Assembly: GCF_009914755.1 (NCBI RefSeq)
Contig: NC_060930.1
From: the human T2T-CHM13v2.0 reference genome, Homo sapiens
Strand: one strand, 5' to 3'
DNA: 64,000 nucleotides
In this document: piece by piece, positions 12,246 to 33,038 of the stretch
Numbering within the stretch: position 1 is the first letter of the stretch
Layout: each line of letters opens with the position of its first letter
Position numbers and translations under genes: made by a program
The notes under the pieces: model-generated
The model's input: the letters and a program-made list of their open reading frames with translations, nothing else
The model's database searches: none
What the model was told of the DNA's origin: nothing

Positions 12246-13759
12246 AGACACCCGTGTATATTTGTGTGGCACTTGCTGAGTGGTAATAAAAACAGATACC
12301 CTGCCCTCCCAGAGCCAACCTCCAGTGCCAGGGCCAGTGGCAGCAAGTAAGAAAACCTCGGTTTCTGTATCTGCATCAGCTACACGGTGCTCGCACACAG
12401 GAGGCATCAACCAGTTTTCTCAGTTAAAGAGACAGAAACAAAATGTGTCTTCACTACTTTTTGAATTTACCATGTTATCTAATGTTTTAACTTAATTGAC
12501 TGAATAAACTCCCTATGCATCTGGACACATGCATGGAAAATTCACAAACATTTCAAATGAAAATAGAGTATTATGACAAAAGAGAATTTCTTTTGATATG
12601 TGAATTTCACTTTTTTCTATCTTTTAGTGATTTTAATGTAATGAAATTGAGAAGTCTGTGCTTCTAAAAGCCTTAAGAGCAAGGTATTTCTCCATTTTGA
12701 AAAAAAAAATTTGGCAAAATATCTTCTACTATAGATAGAAGTTAATTGGCTGAGGGTAATAAACAGAAGATTAAAAAACAAGCTTTATCCCCTGCTATTC
12801 TGTCAAGGGCTACAGTGAATTACACACTCTGGCATGGGTTTGCACGCCACGTGCTGGAAGCCAGCAGTCATGCAGGCCATGCTCTCCCACACTTAGGAAA
12901 ACAGCGCATGAGAAAGATCTCCATCAAGTTCACACAGAATGACCTCCAGCAAGACCTGGAAAATGCTCAGTTCCACAAAATACCTGTGTCCAAATCCTTT
13001 CAGTGCACAGCTCTGGCATCAGGTTCCTGTGAGGACAGACCCTGAGATGGATTTCTGGATGGAGGCTGCTGCCGGAGGAGACAATGTCACTGCAGATGGC
13101 TCATGCTGCTCCCACGCTGCAGGGGTCAGTGACTTGGGACTCCTGCACGCCGTCCCACTGGGGAACCGTGGAGATTCACCCCAGCTGGGTGGACTCTGCT
13201 GTGTCCCCCGTCAAGAAGCTCCACGGCTTACCTTGGTTTTTCCTTTTTAAAACTGTCTGGTGTTTTCCTGTCCAGTGGGGGCTGCATCTCACCTTAGAAG
13301 AAAACATTTTCCAACTAGGAGCTGTCTTGGTAGCTGGTCCAGAGGAAGGTCTCCTCTCTCGGGAGTGAGGTCCAGCCAAGTAACTCCAGCCAGAGCTCTC
13401 ACTGAGTGGGTCTGGATCTGCCCTGTTCTCCTCCCATCCTCATGCTGACTATGGAAATCCATCTGTGCCCTATGCAAAGTCCTGCATCTTGGACTGTAAA
13501 ATGGCAAAAGCCAAATTTAAAATAGATGATTATATTGACCCTATGAGGAAAAGAAAGTTCTGAGGTAGACAATTGGTAAGCAAGCAATTATGTGTAACTT
13601 GCTAGAACACTAGGGTGTTTTTTATTTGTCTGATTATTTTCTGTTTAACAGGCTGGCTAAGAGCCAGAGGGAGAGAAAGCTGGCTGGGAACTGAGAGGCA
13701 TGAGGTCACCTCAGTCCCAACATTTCCATGTAAACGATGATGCGAGGTGGGCTGGTGGC

Positions 13760-16981
<3,222 letters not shown>

Positions 16982-17025
16982 TTGCTGTAATTTTGCTGCA
17001 AATACAAATTGCTGCAATTCTGCAA

Positions 17026-17980
<955 letters not shown>

Positions 17981-18089
17981 CAGAGAAAGAGGGTCACTTT
18001 ACAGTGAGAGAAGATTTGCCTAATCAGGAAAATATAGTAATTTTTAAGTTGTGTGCACCTAATAAGTTCAAAATATATAGAATAAAAAA

Positions 18090-19248
<1,159 letters not shown>

Positions 19249-19969
19249 GTTTTCATAAGGTTCAATTTCTTAAACTGAGTTGTTCATTATTCTTTAAACT
19301 GTTCCTGTGCATTTTATATATTTTGGTATGTATATTTTACACACTCACACAAATGCACACAGGCACAGGGACACTGGCAGAGAAACACCTGAACACTCTC
19401 CAGCTGACCCAGTCAGAGCCTGATGGGAATGCTGCTCTGCAGTGATGAGGGAGTCGCAAGCAAAGGATGTTCACCTGTGATGTTCCAGAACACACACATC
19501 TTGCACAGCTAAAAGAATAAAATTAGGTCATCTCCACATGTAACAGTCTTTGTCCCTTATAAAGAATCTCTTTATAAAATCCTTATAAAGTTGTTTACCT
19601 GAATTTCTTCAAGGCCCAGCCAGCCCGCATCCCAACTTATCCATACACAGGGTCTCTGACCACCTCTGGTCCACGGGACATCACACTTAAATTCCTCTAT
19701 GGCTTGTGAGAGAAGCTTATCACCTGATTAGATCATAAGCTCCAGTAATCACAGACATGAGTCCCCATGGGCCTTCAGTAAATCCAAGAGTGTGATTGTG
19801 ATGTCTGCGGGGCTCCAGCTCCCCTTCTGCTCTGACCTTTTTGGCACTAAGGCAGGCTCGCTGCAGGCAGATGCCAGGTGCGTGAGGTGTGCAAGAAAGA
19901 CCTCAGCCCCTCAATCTCTCCCGACCCCCTTTCACAAGTCTGTAGCCCAGGAAAAATGTGTAATATGGA

Positions 19970-20140
19970 GCCACCAGTGACGAGCTGTGTGATTTTGTAA
20001 AGTCACTTACCAAAGAGACTTCCTGGTGCCCTTGTCTTTCACCTGTAAAATGGGATCATCATGGTACCTACCCTCATTGCATTGTGAAAACAGTAAGAGC
20101 CAATGTGTGTAAAGCAGACACAACAGGCCTGGATTCCCAA
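19970..20140 (+). mobile_element. MIR fragment
   Basis: gagctgtgtgattttgtaaagtcactt...cacctgtaaaatgggatcatcatggtacctacc. Confidence 0.65.
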
Positions 20141-20664
20141 GTGTTAACTATAATTTCAGGTCCACAACCCCTCACCTGCAATTCCAAAAGCCAAATATGG
20201 TTTAAAAACTGAACTTTCTTTTAAAACTTTGCAACAAACTCTTTGGCAGCAAAACCTGGACTGACCTAAGGCTCTTCATAACGTCTAATTCTGTTACTAT
20301 AAATATCCATATATTTTGCTGCAGAAATTATGTTTGATTAAGGATGCGTCAGTATGACTGATCAAACTCAAACAGTCTGACTTCTTCCCCAGGTCCAGCC
20401 AGGTTTGGGTCAAGAAGCCTGACTTGTGCTACCATTTCACAGTTGCTACACCTCTCAGCAGTTTACCACCTTTTCCTCCACTGTGCCTTAGGCTGGCCCC
20501 ATCCACTTGCTACCTTTCTCTGCGTTAAGGAGATTATGAAATCACCAAGGAAATTGTAAATGAATGTGTATTGATTGAAATGAATATTTTAATATCAATG
20601 ATATGCAAAACTGGTTGCTATTTATTTATTTTTGTTCAAACCATTGTTTTATGGTGTTTGTAAT

Positions 20665-20832
20665 TTTTTTCTTTAAGAGACAGTTTCACTGTGTTGCCTG
20701 GGCTGGAGTGCAGTGGCTATTCACAGGCACAGTCATGAGGCACTACAGCCCTGGACTCCTGGGCTCAAGCCATCCTCCTGCCTCAGCCTCCTGAGTAGCT
20801 GGGACTACAGGTGTGGGCCACAGGACCTGGTT
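20665..20832 (-). mobile_element. FAM (fossil Alu monomer, 7SL-derived)
   Basis: Monomer containing ggctattcacaggc (antisense of GCCTGTGAATAGCC), typical of FAM/7SL. Confidence 0.8.
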
Positions 20833-21341
20833 CTTAAATTTTTTTCTTAGTCAAAAAACAGTTAAACATGAGACAAATATCTTCAACTTGGTCAAACATA
20901 GTTGAACTATATATTTTTTCCTTATCTGACACAGCTTGTTATTGTTGGATTCATTTTGGGATTCCCAGAAATGGATTCTTACTATGAGTGAAATCACATG
21001 GTTGGATTGGAAGCTTTCTATTACAAGCCCAGGGGAGATGGAAATATGCTGTGTGGCTCTGCATTAACTTCTGAATTGGAATAATATAATTGCTTCTGCT
21101 GGGCTGCAGCTGCTATTAAAAGACTTGATATCACTGCCACCTTAGTAATCACACAAGTGATGGCAAGGTAGAGACATAAGTGAATTTCATTTTAAAAATG
21201 CAAATAGTGCTTGATTTAATAATTTAAAAACTTGTAAAATTGCTCAGCAATAGACACATTCTACAAAAGTTGAAATAAAAGTGCTGTTAAGTCTGATAGC
21301 AATAAAGAATGTATTCTTATGTAAGAAAACCACAAAGCTTG

Positions 21342-21643
21342 GGCCGGGCGAGGTGGCTCACACCTGTAATCCCAGCACTTTGGGAGGCCAAGACAGGAGG
21401 ATCACGAGGTCAGGAGGTTGAGACCATACTGGCTAACACGGTGAAACCCCGTCTCTACTAAAAATACAAAAAAGTTAGCCGGGCATGGTGGCAGGCACCT
21501 GTAGTCCCAGCTACTCCGGAGGCTGCAGCAGGAGAATGGCGTGAACCCAGGAGGCGGAGCTTGCAGTGAGCCAAGATCACTTCACTGCACTCCAGCCTGG
21601 GCAACAGAGGGAGACTCCATCTCAAAAAAAAAAAAAAAAAAGA
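21342..21643 (+). mobile_element. AluY
   Basis: Perfect 18-bp TSD aagaaaaccacaaagctt (21323-21340 / 21644-21661). Confidence 0.95.
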
Positions 21644-21867
21644 AAGAAAACCACAAAGCTTTTAACATAAAAATGGAAAGAAATATTTTAGTGTTTGATG
21701 TTTATTTTGGATTCCATTAAATAATAAACATCCGTATGTGGTTAAGTGCTTGGATGCCCACCGCTTCCCTGTGATTAGGGATGGAAAACTTGAGATAGTG
21801 CAAAGAAACTTTAAAAGTGGTATGAACCGCAGCCAAAACTACAATCAATCAGAAAGTAAGCCAAAGT

Positions 21868-22185
21868 GGCTGAGCGCGGTGGCTCATTCCTGTAATCCCA
21901 GCACTTTGGGAGGCTGAAGCAGGGGGATCACGAGGTCAGGAGTTCGCGACCAGCCTGACCAGCATGGTGAAACTTCGTCTCTACTAAAAATACAAAAAAT
22001 TAGCCGAGCATGGTGGCACACACCTGTAGTCTCAGCTACTTGGGAGGCTGACGCAGGAGAATTGCTTGAATGCAGCAGGCAGAGGTTGCAGTGAGCCGAG
22101 ATCGCACCACTGTGAGCCGAGGTTGCATCACCACACTCCAGCCTGGGCGACAGAGTGAGACTCTGTCTCAAAAAAAAAAAAAAAA
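21868..22185 (+). mobile_element. AluS with internal duplication in the right arm; no clear TSD
   Basis: gtgagccgagatcgcaccactgtgagccgaggttgcatcaccacactcc. Confidence 0.9.
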
Positions 22186-23068
22186 GCTTACCTTTAGTTA
22201 TTAGGCAATAACATGCAATTTCTAAAACCTAACTTAAATGCAGTTTTTCAATCAATTTAAAATGTGTCAGTTTAGTTACATTTATTGAATCAAGTTAACA
22301 AATAAGTATCTCTTGAAAATGAGAGCTCCCAGGACTTATAAAAACCGTAAAGTTCCCATTTGCTTTCTGCATTAGCTAATTATGACCTTCACTTAACAAG
22401 CGTAAGTCAATTGAACGACTCAGTATTTCACCAAATTAAAAACAAGAAGTATATTAGAAAAACAAAACCCAAAAGGGAAAAGGTAATATAACTAACCTCA
22501 GTCAAGCAGTTCATGCTGTTATTCGAAGTCTATGGGCTTGAAGTAGGGATCCTTATGGGTGTTTTGGAATATATTTTCTGTTGTGACCTATACTATTAAG
22601 ATTTCCAACCCAGGGTGGCTCTGGGTCTGGCCTCATAGGCAGAGTGGTGGGAACAGATTTCATTTGCTCTTTCTCTATATGGAGCTTGCTGCTGACCATT
22701 GCTATTATCTCATTTGATCTGTACAGATAGCAAAAAACAAATGCCTAGTATTTTATTTTTCCTTAAATGATTCCTAAATGATTTGCAATTTTTAAAAAAT
22801 TGCCCTGACAGCAAACAAAATTACCCACTAAACTGTTTTAACACCAAATGTGTGAGAGCATACCTGTTATAAGCAAGTATAATTTTAAAATCGTTCTTAA
22901 AAAATCACATATGTTTCTAAGAAGATTTCTAGTGAATAAGTAATTCAAACAAAGTAGGAAGGAGAGAGAAATGGCTATCGATGTACGGCTCAATAGGTAA
23001 TGCTTGCTACCTTCTAGAAGGCTGTACTTATAAGATTCTGAGGATGCCATTAGAAATACTTGTATTCA

Positions 23069-23534
<466 letters not shown>

Positions 23535-23953
23535 AGAAATACTTGTATTTAGAAACCAGTTTCAGGATTTTAGAAATCACTCCTAAATATATTTTCAAAC
23601 ATTTGTTTTCACCACCCTTGTACATTTCACCCATTATCTAGGAAAAAATAAGCATTTCACACTGAGAAATAATTCAGAGCAAGAACTCCTAGGAGAGAAC
23701 TAGATGGTTGGATTGGTGATCAAAAAGAACTAAAGCATCTCTGAAGGCAATCAGCCCTTAGCATTGTGACCAAGGCACTGGAGGTGGGGCTTGCCCTTTC
23801 TGTCTTCCACACACCCCTTCAGGCTGACCAAGGTGTTATTTTTAAACAACTTTGTAAATTACACTTTCTTTCATCCCTAGGATAATCATTCCCTATTTCA
23901 CAAGCATGTCTTCCTGTAGACTGAAAAAACTATACAGAAAAGTTTGTCTCAAA

Positions 23954-23966
23954 GCGCCCTCTAGTG
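23954..23966 (-). promoter_or_regulatory. Candidate CTCF site (CACTAGAGGGCGC on minus)
   Basis: GCGCCCTCTAGTG on +; motif evidence only. Confidence 0.5.
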
Positions 23967-24436
23967 ATAATACTAAAAATCACAATCAGGAAAGTTAAGT
24001 TACTAAATGCCAGGACGTGCCCAGAATAGTAGTAGTTTGGGCACTTTGAGTTTAGATTGTGACCTACTAAAAAACAAATTAAATTCATTAATATTTCCAT
24101 TTAGAAGAATTCTGAAAAGTAATTTTACAGCAAGATCACTTTATTGACCATAAAGCTTCAAAAATGCTAAAAGACTAATAGACTAGGTTAACTACGTAAG
24201 ATTTTTCAGGGGAAAAGGCCATACAAAAGTTAAAAAAAAAATGAGGGAAGAGACAGAAACTGTCCTTGACTAACATTTTAAATGTAAGTTTATTTACTAG
24301 CATTATTTTCAAAAATTATACTATCAGGATAGCTTTCACTTCCTACTAATCTCATGAAGTTGTCTCACTAAAAATTATGCTTTCATGGCAAATTAATGAA
24401 CTTGATTGATTTTCTACAAGTGTATGTTTTGACTTA

Positions 24437-24571
<135 letters not shown>

Positions 24572-25180
24572 TCAGAGTTCTCTTTTATTCATCAAAGCCA
24601 TATTATTCTCTTTTAACTGCTGTGTTTTTCATATTCTGCTTGTTTCTAAAACAAATAAAAAATCATACTTTTAAAACAATTATAACCTAATTAGTCTCTA
24701 TTTGTTGCCTTTCATTTTGAGTCAGTGATTCAGAAAGCAATTTTAAATATGTGTTTTAAAAAGGGGCTGAAGTTTAAAACATCTATTAGCAATTTCATCT
24801 AAATTGATAACAGAATTCAGAATTAAATATGAATTATAAAAATTTGAAATCATTCTTGTTAGTGTTCATGTAATCTAATCATTTAAAAATAATAGAATCC
24901 ATTGGAAATGTTAAAAACTGAACAATGTAGCGTAAGACCAATTCAAAAGTACCATATAATTTTAAATCAGAGTTTTCTTTTTCTAATAGTCTTATGCTAA
25001 CTGGTTTTAATAACCAAATGACTGTATAGTGAAACTCACTACTCTGAAAGATCAACTTAGTTATAATCATGATGGAAATTTAAATATTTAAAATAAGAAA
25101 CAGGTGCCACCTTTTTTTCTAAAACTCTACAAAGCAAATTCCTATAAGAGAGGCAGACAAAACACTGTATGTCTATATTA

Positions 25181-25573
<393 letters not shown>

Positions 25574-25966
25574 TTATTATAAAACCAGTAACAAATTTTG
25601 AAATACATTTACTTGCAATAAAATGTTATCTATAATGCGGTAGATTCTTCCAACGTGAACGCTTAAATTACTCAGAAAATCAAGAACAAAGTTAAAGCCA
25701 CCAAGAGTCAAAAAGATATATTAGTTACTTTTATCATCTTTGCCACAGAACTTTTGCACTTGATCTTACACTTTTATTTTTCTGATTGCTTATTTTTGTT
25801 CCTCCCTAAATGACTCTAAGTTATTTCTTAGTAGAAAGTTTCTAATCTCCTTCCTTCATGATCATGCCCAATAATTTCTAAAGAAGTTTTAGGGACATCA
25901 TATTGAGTTATTTAGGCCAAGGTCAATAAATGGCTCTCAGAATAAGACTCTGAAAATAATAATCTA

Positions 25967-26310
25967 GGCCAGGTGTGGTGGCTCATGCCTGCAATCCCAG
26001 CACTTTGGGAGGCTGCAGCAGAACGATCACTTGAGGCCAGGAGTTTGTGACCAGCCAGAGCAACATAGTGAGACCCCCATCTTTACAAAAAGTTAAAAGC
26101 AATTAGTTAAAAACAATTACAATTAGTTAAAAACAATGACAAAAAGTTAAAAACAATTAGCCAGACATGGTGGCGCATTCCTGTAGTTTCAGCTGGTTGG
26201 GAGACTGAGGCAGGAGGATGGCTTGAACCCAGAGTTCAAGGCTGCAGTGAGCCATGACCACACCACTGCACTCCTTCCTGACTGACAGAGAAAGATCATA
26301 TCTCAAAAAA
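25967..26310 (+). mobile_element. AluJ with expanded middle A-rich linker
   Basis: cacttgaggccaggagttt and gagttcaaggctgcagtgagccatgacc are AluJ diagnostics. Confidence 0.9.
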
Positions 26311-26343
26311 AGACAAATTAATGCGTCCTGTAAATAAGGAGTA

Positions 26344-28625
26344 TGATATGGTTTGGCTGTATCCCAACTCAAATCCCATTATGAATTGTATCTCCCATAA
26401 TTCCCACATGTTGTGGGAGGGACCTGGTGGGACATAATTGAATCCAGGGAGTGGTTTCCCCCGTACTGGGCTTGTGGTAGTGAATATATCTCACAAGATC
26501 TGATGATTTTACAAGGGGTTTCCCCTTTCACTTGGCACTCATTTCTCTCTTGTCCGCCACCATGTAAGACATGCCTTTCCCCTTCTGCCATGATTCTGAG
26601 GCCTCCCTAGCCATGTGGAACTGTGAGTTCATTAAACCTCTTTTTCTTTATCAATTACCCAGTCTCAGGTATGTCTTTATCAGCAGCATGAAAATGGACT
26701 AACACAGTAAGTTGGTACCAGTAGGGTGGTGTGCTGCCGTAAAGATACCCAAAAATGTGGAACTGGGTAATAGGCAGCAGTTGAGACAGTTTGGAGGGCT
26801 CAGAAGAAGACAGAAAAATGTGGGAAAGTTTGGAACTTCCTAGGGACTTGTTGAATGCCTTTGACCAAACTGCTGATAATGATATGGACAATAAAATTCA
26901 GGCTGAGATGGTCTCAGATAGAGATGAGGAACTCGTTGGGAACTACTGTAAAAGTGATTCTTGCTATGTTTTAGCAAAGAGAGTGGTGGCATTTCGCCCC
27001 TGCCCTAGAGATATGTAGAACTTTGAACTTGAGGGAGATGACTTAGGGTATTTAGTGGAAGAAATTTCTAAGCAGCAAAGCATTCAAGAGGTGACTTGGG
27101 TGCTGTTAAAAGCATTCAGTTTTAAAAGGGAAACAGAACATAAAAGTTCAGAAAATTTGCACCCCGATAATGTGATAGAAAAGATTTTTTTCTGAGGAGA
27201 AAGTCAAGCCTGCTGCAGAAATATTCATACATAACAAGGGGCCAAATATTAATCACCAAGACAATGGGAAAAATGTCTCCAGGGCATGTAAGAGAACTTT
27301 GGGCAGCCCCTTCCCATCACAGCCCTGAAGGCCTGGAAGGAAAAAATGGTTTTGTAGGTATCCAGGCCCCCACTGCTGTGTGCAGCCCAAGGACTTGGTG
27401 CCCTGCATCCCAGCCACTCTAGATATGGTTAACAGGGGCCAAGGTACAGTTCAGGCTGTGGCTTCAGAGGTTACAAGCCCCAAGGCTTGGCAGCCTCCAC
27501 ATGGTGGTGAGCCTGTGGTTGCACAGAAGTTAAGAATTGAGGTTTGGGAACCTTCACCTAGATTTCGGAGGATGTATAAAAATGCCTGGATGTCCAGGCA
27601 AAAGTTTGCTGCAGAGGCAGGGCCCTCATGGAGAACCTCAGCTAAGGCAGTGTGGAAGGGAACTGTGAGGTTTAAGCCCCCACACTGAGTCCCCACCTGG
27701 GGCACTGCCTAGTGGAGCTGTGAGAAGAGGGCCACCATCCTCCAGACCCCAAAATGCTAGATCCACCAACAGCTTACACCATGCACCTGGAAAAGCCACA
27801 GACACTCAACACCAGCCCATAAAAGCAGCCAGGAGGGAGGCTGTACACTGCAAAGCCACAGGGGCAGAGCTGCCCAAGACCATGAGAATCCACCTCTTGC
27901 ATCAGCATAACCTGGATGTGAGACATGGAGTCAAAGACAATCATTTTGGAGCTTTAAGATTTGCCTGTTAAGCTGGATTTTGGACTTGCATGGGGCCTTT
28001 AGTCCTTTCATTTTGGCCAATTTCTCCCATTTGGAATGAATGTATTCATCCAACGCCTGTACCCCCAATGTATTTAGGAAGTAACAAACTTGCCTTTGAT
28101 TTTACAGGCTCACAGGCAGAAGGGACTTGCCTTGTCTCAGATGAGTCCACAAACTGTGGACTTTTGAGTTAATGCTGAAATGAGTTAAGATTTTGGGGGA
28201 CTGTTGGGAATGCATGATTGGTTTTGAAATGTGGGGATATGAGATTTGGAAGAGGATGGGGCAGAATGATATGGTTTGGCTTTGTCCCCACCCAAATCTT
28301 ATCTTGAATTGTAGCTCCCATAATTCCCACATGTTGTGGGAGGAACCCCGTGGGAGATAATTGAATCATGGGGGTGGCTTTCCCCATACTATTCTTGTGT
28401 CAGTAAGTTTCATGAAATCTGATGAGTTTATAAGGGGTTTTCCCTTTCACTTGGCGCTCCTTTCTCTCTTGTCTGCTGCCACATAAGACATGCCTTTCAC
28501 CTTCTGCCATGATTGTGAGGCCTCCCCAGCCACATGGAACTGTGAGTTCATTAAACCTTCTCTTCTTTATCAGTTACCCAGTCTCAGGTATGTCTTTATC
28601 AGCAGTATGAAAATGGACTAATACA
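26344..28625 (+). mobile_element. Full-length THE1 (THE1C/D-like) MaLR element: LTR 26344-26706, internal 26707-28266, LTR 28267-28625
   Basis: Two direct tgatatggtttggct...atggactaa(c/t)aca LTRs around a ~1.56-kb THE1-int; 5-bp TSD gagta/gatta. Confidence 0.93.
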
Positions 28626-28724
28626 GATTATGAGGATTCTAATGCCATTAGCTTTTCCCTAAACTTCAAATGTTTTATGCTAATTTGAATTGCATTTCAA
28701 GAAGTAATGATTCTTTGGGTCAAG

Positions 28725-29522
28725 GCCATAGAAAACAGAACCCAGAAATAAATCCACGTATTTACAGGCAACTGATTTTGGACAAAGGTGCCAATAACAT
28801 ACGTTGGGGAAAGGACACCCTCTTCAATAAATGGCACTGGAAAAACTGGATAGCCAATGGAGAAGAATAAAACCAGACACCATATACCAAAATAAACTCA
28901 CAATGGATTAAGGTCTTAAATGTAAGGCCCCAAACTATCAAACTACTAGAAGAAAACATAGGAGAATGCCTCAGGACATTAGTCTGCACCAAGATTTTAT
29001 GTGTAAGACATCAAAAGCAAAGGCAAAAAGCAAATAATAGACCACTAATATCCAGAATGTACAAGGAACTCAATGTGACAGTAAAAAAAAAAAGGGTAAA
29101 AGATCTAAATAGACTTTTAAAAAAGACATACAAATGATGATGAAATATATAAAAAAGATCAATGTCACTAATTGTCAGGGAAATGCAAATAAAACCCACA
29201 ATAAGATATAATCGCACTCCAGTTCAAATAAATGGTTATCATTGAAAAGACAAAAAATAACAAATGCCAGTGAGTTTGCAGAGAACTCATATGCTGTTGG
29301 TAGGAATGTAAATTGGTGCAGCCACTATAGAAAATGACATGGAGTTTTCTCAAGAAACTAAAAATACAGCTGCCAAGGGACACAGCAATCACACTACTGG
29401 TTAGTCAACCGATAGAAAAGAAAACTATATATCAAAAGGATACTTGTACTTATATGTTTATTGTAGCACTATTCACAACAGCTAAGGTATAGAATCAACC
29501 TACATGTCCATCAACAAATGAG
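28725..29522 (+). mobile_element. L1MA-type ORF2/3' fragment, internally deleted and 3'-truncated
   Basis: gaacccagaaataaatccacg, aaactactagaagaaaacatagg; stops abruptly at tgtccatcaacaaatgag. Confidence 0.8.
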
Positions 29523-29999
29523 TCTGTGGCTTGTTTTCTGTCTCTTAACATCCATTTTATTTTTACTTTTGGAACTAAAGAAGAGGAATGGTCAACTTTC
29601 TGTTATTGTTGTAACAGTAATGGCAGAACCAAGAGAGAATGCACCCAATCTTGTAATCACGTTGGAAGGCCCTGATTGTGCAAGTGTGCTAATTCTACAT
29701 TGAGCAAAGAAAGTGGTTGGTCAAGTCCTACATTAATGAAATGGGGTAGTATATGCAGGTGGGGGAGGGGAAAAATCTTAAGAGTAATATAATCTACCAT
29801 ACCATCCATGAACCTACAATGGCTCTCGGTTACCTTATTATCTGGTTTGTTTAATGTTGGAATCTTTCTGGAAGATCCTCCAACCTTTCTGGAAGACCCT
29901 AATCTGAGAACACCATCAAAAACACACTTCTTCTTTTGGCATAATTTAAATTCTCTGACATCATTCACATTTATCAGTGTTACATATATAAGAACTCAC

Positions 30000-30350
<351 letters not shown>

Positions 30351-30714
30351 ACTTCACCTACCATATTCCTCCTTGAGTCCAGTTCAGTGAAAAAAGGCTG
30401 GTTTCTCATTTCTCCTGTCTTTTCATAGTTTGCAGCATGTAATTCTGTAAACCATGTAATTCTATAACCATTTTCAAAATTGTCTAACAATTTTATAATG
30501 GATTGGTTGCTTACTATTAATTTTTTTAAAAGTCATGGCTTCTCCTGTCATTTCTTGCTTACCAAAATTATTTCATGAGATGGGTTAGTCCTCGTATATT
30601 TGAAAATGATGTTTGCTTCTATCTACTTAAAAATTTGAACATACCTGTTTGGATCACATTGTCTTGTCCTGATAACTTGATAGAGGTTGCTTCAGCATTG
30701 TTATTGTTGTTGGG

Positions 30715-30820
30715 GTGGTTATTATTAATATTATTTAATAATAATTTATTTATTTAAATAATAAATTATTTAATAATTATTTAATGTTATTTAATAATAT
30801 TTAAAAAATTAAAATTTTAA
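30715..30820. repeat. Nearly pure AT low-complexity tract
   Basis: ttattattaatattatttaataataatttatttatttaaataataaattatt... Confidence 0.85.
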
Positions 30821-31009
30821 AGAAGACCAGAGTCTTTTTTTCAATCCCAGTACATTTTTCAGAAGTAACTAATGCTATTGGCTTTGTGCATTATAATTCA
30901 AGACCATTTTTTATGTCTTTAGTTACATATACAGTATACATACACGTGTTATATTATTCCATTTCTTCTAGCATTAAACATCACTATGAAAAACTCTGAG
31001 AAAAATTTA

Positions 31010-31433
<424 letters not shown>

Positions 31434-31968
31434 AAATGTGTATATCTCACTATTCATTATTATATGGCATTTTCCTGGACATTTTGTATACACATGTGTA
31501 CTTAACAATGGAAGAAAAATATTCCAAATATAGTAGAAAAAAATTTTGTTCAGAGGTTTCCAACACATTTTATTTTGCAGATCACAGATTTAAAGCTTTT
31601 GAGGACCAACATCTCTATCAATTCCTATAAAATGTCCCATCAATTTCAGTTTCATAGCAGGCTCTTCTGTACTGCACACCATGCTTATAGTTGGAGGTCT
31701 GGTCACACATGCATAAAGGTTGCCCGCCCGTTGGTTCCTGGAGGTGGTCACGTCCAAGAAGCTTCATCTTCCCAGGGGAGGGTTCCTTTGGCAAGAAGTG
31801 GATAAGTTTACACATATAGCTTTGGTGCCTGTGAGCAGGAAGTGTCAGAAACTTTCAGGATATGCTGCTGTTTCTCTTATGAAGTCAGGGTCCTGAGGAT
31901 CCAGTGCCCTTGTGCTTAATGAGAACAATTCCTCCTCATTGTTTAGTGGGTTAAAATATAAGGAAGTC

Positions 31969-32319
<351 letters not shown>

Positions 32320-32346
32320 TTATTCTAGAACTACAATTTTTTGTCC

Positions 32347-32644
32347 TTTTTTTTTTTGTTTTGAAAAAGAGTCTCACTCTGTCACCTATAATGGAGTGCA
32401 GTGGTTGCAGCTCGGCCCACCACAACTTTCGCCTCCCAGGTTCAAGTGATTCTCCTGCCTCAGCCTCCCAAGTAGCTGGGATTACAGGCACCCACCACCA
32501 CGCCCGGCTAATTTTTGTATTTTTAGTAGAGACAAGGTTTCACCATGTTGGCCAGGCTGGTCTCGAACTCCTGGCCTCAAGTGATCCACCCGTCTCAGCC
32601 TCCCCAAGTGCTGGGATTGCAGGCGTGAGCCACATCACCCAGCC
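32347..32644 (-). mobile_element. AluS (Sx/Sz-like)
   Basis: Antisense dimer. Confidence 0.93.
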
Positions 32645-32672
32645 ATACAAGAGCAATTTTAAAAATTAAATT

Positions 32673-33038
32673 AAACCCACCAGGAGGAACAAAAACTCCA
32701 GACGCGCACCACCTTTAAGAGCTGTCACTGCGAGGGTCTGTGGCTTCATTCCTGAAGTCAGCGAGACCACGAAACCACCAGGAGGAACAAACAACTCCGG
32801 ACACTCCACCTTTAAGAGCTGTAACACTCACTGCGAAGGTCTGCAGCTTCACTCCTGAAGTCAGCAAGACCATAAACCCACTGGAAGGAAGAGACTCTGG
32901 ACACATCTGAACATCTGAAGGAATAAACTCTGGACACACCATCTTTAAGAACTGTAACACTCACCGCAAGGGTCAATAGCTTCATTCTTGAAGTCAGCGA
33001 GACCAAGAACGCACCAAAAGGAACCAATTCCGGACACA
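32673..33038 (+). mobile_element. LTR12 (ERV9) 3' portion, 5'-truncated
   Basis: aacccaccaggaggaacaaacaactcc repeats; terminal ggaaccaattccggacaca. Confidence 0.93.

Noticed and set aside
26791-27971. ORFs inside the THE1 internal region
   Set aside because: Broken remnants of the MaLR internal ORF.
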